From IMG/VR virus record IMGVR_UViG_3300032038_000014, positions 64,001 through 128,000 of that record: DNA of 64,000 nt, one strand, 5' to 3'. This document shows positions 60,488-64,000 of this stretch, in pieces (within the stretch, counting starts at the first letter, position 1; every line of letters begins with the position of its first letter). Made by a program: the position numbers and the translations under genes. The notes below the pieces were generated by a model. That model worked only from the letters and a program-made list of their open reading frames with translations, was not told where the DNA came from and made no database searches. This DNA comes from a virus. Its lineage: Duplodnaviria; Heunggongvirae; Uroviricota; Caudoviricetes.

Positions 60488-60685
60488 ATGATGACAATGA
60501 TAATTGGAATGACACTCGCTGATGCTATCGCTACTCTCAAGGAGCTCGGACTCGAGCGTTGCCTCGAGATGGACCACGATGATACTGTAAAGGGTATCAC
60601 AGTGGGCAACCCATTCGGGACTCACTACATCGCCAATGTCGAGAATGACATTGTGGTCGGTGTCAGAGAGTGGATTTGGAGCTAA
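60488..60685 (+). CDS. Small early protein (65 aa)
   Basis: Promoter 60425; RBS AGGAGGT. Confidence 0.75.
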   Translation: MMTMIIGMTLADAIATLKELGLERCLEMDHDDTVKGITVGNPFGTHYIANVENDIVVGVREWIWS

Positions 60686-60781
60686 ATCCACTCTCAAGAA
60701 AAAATAAAAAAATTGTTGACACGGCATTAAAAATCTGCTATACTATAATCACAAAGAAAAAAGAAAGAGAGGAATAAAAAA

Positions 60782-61069
60782 ATGATGAAAGAAGAAACTG
60801 CAAGAAAGATCGAAGCACTGAGAGAAAAAGTAGGAAATGGAATCTTCCGTGAAAGAGATGTAAAAGGCTATGTGTCGATCTCGACTTTGAGAAAATACGG
60901 ATTCATCGCTTCTGCGACAGAAAGAAAAGAGGTTTCTCTTGATGAACTGATAACAGAAGTTAACGAAATGATAGGAGAAGATTGCTACGGAATGGAAGGT
61001 TGGTATGAAAGAGAGGGAAATAAAATCTTCTACTGCAACGACTATGATAGATACAGATTCATCAAATAG
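60782..61069 (+). CDS. Small early protein (95 aa)
   Basis: Promoter 60716, RBS GAGAGG, terminator ATAGACTT/AAGTCTAT-TTTT. Confidence 0.75.
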   Translation: MMKEETARKIEALREKVGNGIFRERDVKGYVSISTLRKYGFIASATERKEVSLDELITEVNEMIGEDCYGMEGWYEREGNKIFYCNDYDRYRFIK

Positions 61070-61159
61070 ACTTGAAAAAGTCTATTTTTTTTAGAAAAAA
61101 CTATTGACAACCCCGGATTCTTCTGCTATACTTTAGTTACAAAGAAAGGAGAAAGAAAA

Positions 61160-61327
61160 ATGGAACTGACTTACAAATTCGAAATTACATACTTCGTTCT
61201 CGACAGAGAAACAGAGGAAACGCTCGCAACCACTAAAAACCTTGAGGTCGCAAAGTTCCTCAAGCAGAACTACCCAACTCCATCGGTAGTCAGACCAATG
61301 GTCAAAGCAATCGCCTTCGCGAAGTAA
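61160..61327 (+). CDS. Small early protein (55 aa; not in ORF track)
   Basis: MELTYKFEITYFVLDRETEETLATTKNLEVAKFLKQNYPTPSVVRPMVKAIAFAK; promoter 61104, RBS AAGGAG, terminator ATCGC/GCGAT. Confidence 0.75.
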   Translation: MELTYKFEITYFVLDRETEETLATTKNLEVAKFLKQNYPTPSVVRPMVKAIAFAK

Positions 61328-61494
61328 CATCGCAAAGGCGATTTTTTCTTGGCCGACCGCGCACAACCCACGCGGTCGGTGTTTCGCGTAGATTGGGGGT
61401 TCAGAAAAAAGTTTTTCAAAAATTTCAGTTTTAGGGGTTGACTCCGGTTCCCAAAAGTGCTATACTCTAATTGTCAAGGAAAGGAGATCGAAAA

Positions 61495-61692
61495 ATGATG
61501 AGTTTATTCTTTAAGGCAGTTGCCTTCTTAATGATTGTGGACATTCTTGCTTTTGGACTTCTGATAGTCACTTCACCGATTTGGTTGAGGTTCGTTGTTC
61601 AGACCGAATGGTTTGAAAATAAATGCGAAATCGCTGAAGAAGGTTGGGAAATCATCAAAGAAAAATTTGAAAAAGTTTTAAAAAAGTGTTGA
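61495..61692 (+). CDS. Small membrane-anchored early protein (65 aa)
   Basis: Promoter 61438, RBS AAGGAG, N-terminal hydrophobic helix. Confidence 0.7.
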   Translation: MMSLFFKAVAFLMIVDILAFGLLIVTSPIWLRFVVQTEWFENKCEIAEEGWEIIKEKFEKVLKKC

Positions 61693-61755
61693 CAGCAGAC
61701 CGGAAATCTGCTATAATCTAATCATCAAGAAAGAGAAAAAAAGGAGGATCGAAAA

Positions 61756-62034
61756 ATGATGTCTTTAGAAATGGTACTTGAACTTCTTGCTTCTGCAGGT
61801 GATGACCTGATGGTCGATGTATACGGTGATGAAGTCTCCGTAGTAGTCGAAGATTTTGTAGGCTTCGATGATGATTGGTCAGAGGTAATGCGTGACCTCG
61901 ATGACGCTGACCTCGTTGACTCAATCGAGGAACAGCTCTCCGCAGAGTGCGTTTCCGAAGATGGTGACTTCTATCACTACTTCCACTTCGATGGCTTCTC
62001 GGTATGTTGGGGATACGCTTCTTTCGACATCTAA
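61756..62034 (+). CDS. Extremely acidic early protein (92 aa)
   Basis: Promoter 61689, RBS AAGGAGG; 26 D/E, 1 R, 0 K. Confidence 0.75.
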   Translation: MMSLEMVLELLASAGDDLMVDVYGDEVSVVVEDFVGFDDDWSEVMRDLDDADLVDSIEEQLSAECVSEDGDFYHYFHFDGFSVCWGYASFDI

Positions 62035-62125
62035 GAAGTACAAAGAAAAACAAAAAAGGGGGTTGACACAACCCCCTTCCCGGAGTATACTATAGACAGA
62101 AAGAAAGAAAGAGAGGATCGAAAAA

Positions 62126-62377
62126 ATGATGACTACAATCTGCTACAAGACAAAAGAGCCAACTTACTACAACAAAGGCACAGAATGGGAAAAGTCCTGT
62201 GATACATTCCTCGCTTACTACACTTGCAAGACAATGGAAGAAGCAGAGGTTGAAACAGAGGAAATGAATAGAACTCACCCAACTCACTACTCCAACGGTC
62301 TGCCAATCGACTGGGAAAAAATCGACTACTTCTTCGTCGACGAACAGGAAATGTTCGACACAAGAGACTCTTTCTAA
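62126..62377 (+). CDS. Small early protein (83 aa)
   Basis: Promoter 62063, RBS GAGAGG, terminator ACCC-GAAA-GGGT. Confidence 0.75.
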   Translation: MMTTICYKTKEPTYYNKGTEWEKSCDTFLAYYTCKTMEEAEVETEEMNRTHPTHYSNGLPIDWEKIDYFFVDEQEMFDTRDSF

Positions 62378-62577
62378 ACCCGAAAGGGTCTTTTTTGTTG
62401 GCCGCCGGTGCACGAGCGCACCAGCGGTTTTTGCGTTGTGTCAGAGGTTCAGCATTTTGCGGATCGAAATTTGAGTAAAAAAATTTGTAAAAAAATCTCC
62501 TAAAACGCTTGACACGTCCCGGGGTCTATGTTACAATAGTGGTGTAAGAAAGAGAGAGCACCGAAAGGGGGTACATC

Positions 62578-62709
62578 ATGGCAGTATACGTTAAGAGTGA
62601 AATGGCTTGGGGTGAGGTAGTTTGCTACCTCGATGAGGACACTGTCCTCGTCCGCATGGATGCGGATCCGTGGTTCCCAATCGCGGTAGATGCTACTGAA
62701 ATTCAGTAG
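62578..62709 (+). CDS. Small acidic early protein (43 aa; not in ORF track)
   Basis: MAVYVKSEMAWGEVVCYLDEDTVLVRMDADPWFPIAVDATEIQ; promoter 62509, RBS AAGGGGG. Confidence 0.65.
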   Translation: MAVYVKSEMAWGEVVCYLDEDTVLVRMDADPWFPIAVDATEIQ

Positions 62710-62720
62710 CATCCAGCTAT

Positions 62721-62796
62721 GTGCCGATAGCACAACGGATAATGCGCTTGACTACGAATCAAGAGATTGGGGGTTCGAATCCCCCTCGGCATACCA
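62721..62796 (+). tRNA. trnR: tRNA-Arg(ACG)
   Basis: Cloverleaf GTGCCGA/TCGGCAT, anticodon arm CTTGA-CTACGAA-TCAAG, T arm GGGGG-TTCGAAT-CCCCC, encoded CCA. Confidence 0.92.
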
Positions 62797-62878
62797 AAAA
62801 AATTTTTTTCAAAAAAGTATTGACAACGACCCCGGGTCGTGGTATACTATAGACAACCTAAAGAAAGGAGACAATCGA

Positions 62879-63097
62879 ATGCTTCGCGAGTATACCATCA
62901 GAGGATGCGTATGCCACCTCTCTGAAGAGACCATCGCAGTCTATGAAGAGAACCTCAGAGCAATCGAGGATGAGCGTTCTGCTTGGCAGGCTCAGCACGA
63001 TGCCTATCTCAGAGCGTGTGAGAGTAATGACCCAATGGATTGGTCAATCTACTCTGACCTCTACAAGGATTGCTACGGAGTACGCCCTCGCCACTGA
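62879..63097 (+). CDS. Small early protein (72 aa)
   Basis: Promoter 62820, RBS AAGGAG, ATG 62879; C-terminal YSDLYKDCYGVRP motif common in phage proteins. Confidence 0.75.
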   Translation: MLREYTIRGCVCHLSEETIAVYEENLRAIEDERSAWQAQHDAYLRACESNDPMDWSIYSDLYKDCYGVRPRH

Positions 63098-63319
63098 ATC
63101 AGATTCGGAGCTCTTCGGTGCTTGGCAACAGAAACCGAAAACAAATAAAACCCGCAAGGGTTCTTTTTTTTGACCGCTGGCTCACGGGCGAGCCGGCGGT
63201 GTTTGCGATAATACCAGGATTCAGCGATTTTTTGATCCAAAAGCAGGCAGAAAAAATTTTTAAAAAATTTCCTAAAAAGGGGTTGACTGCGGCGAGCGGA
63301 TAGTCTATAATAGTAAGTG

Positions 63320-63391
63320 TCAAGGGGAGAGTGGTACTAACCCAAGGCGAGCCTTAATGGGGAGCGGGTTCGAATCCCGACGCTGACGAGT
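63320..63391 (+). ncRNA. tRNA-like RNA or degenerate tRNA
   Basis: Own promoter 63283. T-arm CGGG-TTCGAAT-CCCG, D-loop-like AGTGGTA, partial acceptor GTCA/TGAC. No canonical anticodon arm or CCA. Confidence 0.45.
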
Positions 63392-63458
63392 GAAACATAA
63401 AAAAACTTTGAAAACCCCTTGACACTCTCTACACTCTATGCTATAATTACATCATCAA

Positions 63459-63533
63459 GGGTGGTTAGTTCAAAGGACAGAACAGTGGTCTTCTAAACCA
63501 TAGATAAGGGTTCGATTCCCTTACTACCTACCA
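63459..63533 (+). tRNA. trnR: tRNA-Arg(TCT)
   Basis: GGGTGGT/ACTACCT, GTGGT-CTTCTAA-ACCAT, AAGGG-TTCGATT-CCCTT, CCA. Confidence 0.9.
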
Positions 63534-63537
63534 ACTT

Positions 63538-63612
63538 GCACCGATAGCATAATGGTAATGCAATTGCCTTGTAAGCAATGGATTGGGGGTTCAAATCCCT
63601 CTCGGTGCTCCA
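63538..63612 (+). tRNA. trnT: tRNA-Thr(TGT)
   Basis: GCACCGA/TCGGTGC, ATTGC-CTTGTAA-GCAAT, CCA. Confidence 0.92.
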
Positions 63613-63617
63613 CTTAT

Positions 63618-63693
63618 GGGTTCGTAGCTCAATTGGTAGAGCAATCGGCTGTTAACCGAAAGGTTGTAGGTTCAAATCCTATCGTTCCCGCCA
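63618..63693 (+). tRNA. trnN: tRNA-Asn(GTT)
   Basis: ATCGG-CTGTTAA-CCGAA anticodon arm, T arm, CCA. Acceptor GGGTTCG/CGTTCCC has two U.U mismatches. Confidence 0.88.
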
Positions 63694-63698
63694 TTTAT

Positions 63699-63774
63699 GG
63701 GAGATTAGTTCAGAGGGAAGAACAACAGACTTTTAATCTGTGGGTCGTGGGTTCAAGTCCCACATCTCTCACCA
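63699..63774 (+). tRNA. trnK: tRNA-Lys(TTT)
   Basis: GGGAGAT/ATCTCTC, ACAGA-CTTTTAA-TCTGT, GTGGG-TTCAAGT-CCCAC, CCA. Confidence 0.92.
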
Positions 63775-63778
63775 TCAT

Positions 63779-63856
63779 GCGCGTGTAGCACAGTTAGGTT
63801 AGTGCAGTGCTCTGATAAGGCAAAGGTCGTTGGTTCAAATCCAACCATGCGCACCA
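63779..63856 (+). tRNA. trnI: tRNA-Ile(GAT)
   Basis: GCGCGTG/CATGCGC, loop CTGATAA, GTTGG-TTCAAAT-CCAAC, CCA. Confidence 0.9.
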
Positions 63857-63895
63857 AATTTTTCGAAGCTTTCATTTTTCTACCTCCTTGTTGAA

Positions 63896-63918
63896 ACCCC
63901 CGAAAGGGGGTTTTATTT
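63896..63918 (+). terminator. Terminator after tRNA cluster
   Basis: AAACCCCC-GAAA-GGGGGTTT followed by TATTTT. Confidence 0.75.
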
Positions 63919-64000
63919 TGAGGTAGTTGTTGTAAAAAATTTTTTTAAAAAATTTAATAAAAGTGCTTGACAACCGGATCCCAATAGTGTATCATTAAGA

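Larger units (their letters stand above)
59700..63199 (+). repeat. Five dispersed 26-27 bp CCG...CGG GC-rich hairpin elements
   Basis: Copies at 59700-59726, 60340-60366, 61353-61379, 62402-62427 and 63174-63199. Each has a 9-10 bp stem with variable inner sequence, followed by a (T/A)GTTT-like tract. Confidence 0.8.
57145..63995 (+). promoter_or_regulatory. Array of about 21 near-consensus sigmaA early promoters
   Basis: TTGAC(A/T/C)-17(18)-TAT(A/T)(A/C)T-type sites with -35 at 57145, 57424, 57921, 58197, 58380, 58604, 58838, 59376, 59809, 60064, 60425, 60716, 61104, 61438, 61689, 62063, 62509, 62820, 63283, 63419, 63967. Confidence 0.9.

Noticed and set aside
59700-63199. CRISPR array interpretation of the recurring hairpins
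   Set aside because: Sequences are not identical direct repeats, spacing is 640-1050 bp with genes between, and no cas genes are present.
58838-63788. Upstream-extended starts in the ORF track (58604, 58838, 59381, 61471, 62690) and ORF 63552-63788
   Set aside because: Extensions run through promoter boxes and the true starts follow the RBSs; 63552-63788 overlaps tRNA genes.
1-64000. Alternative genetic code, integrase or IS elements
   Set aside because: Very long ORFs are intact under code 11 and TAA, TAG and TGA all serve as stops; no transposase or recombinase motifs seen.

Overview
This is a 64 kb segment of a large, AT-rich, long-tailed (siphovirus-type) dsDNA phage. The host is probably a Bacillota (Clostridia-like) bacterium, inferred from sigmaA promoters with extended -10 and strong AAGGAGG RBSs. 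Standard genetic code. Positions 1-55229 (minus strand) hold an SPbeta-like virion module: terminase subunits, portal, protease/scaffold, decoration protein, major capsid, head-tail proteins, major tail protein, a 3260-aa tape measure protein (TMP), tail-tip/baseplate proteins, fibres, a 2345-aa CotH-kinase-like/LRR protein and a partial BppU-like gene. Positions 55364-56279 hold three small divergent genes. About 0.9 kb of palindrome-rich non-coding DNA follows. Positions 57145-64000 (plus strand) hold an array of about 21 near-consensus sigmaA promoters driving mostly single tiny genes, two apparently non-coding transcripts and six tRNAs. The main observations are: (1) a mini HINT domain ending HN-K inserted in the TMP Gly linker (BIL-type, predicted self-cleaving); (2) an open -1 frame across the capsid stop, suggesting a frameshift-extended capsid; (3) a repeated 26-27 bp CCG...CGG hairpin with a fixed-distance GGTTCAG motif between early cassettes; (4) CCGG in 12 of 21 early promoter spacers; (5) two promoter-driven structured ncRNA candidates; (6) a protamine-like Arg/Ser tract in the TMP. 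All function calls come from motif recognition and gene order, not database searches.
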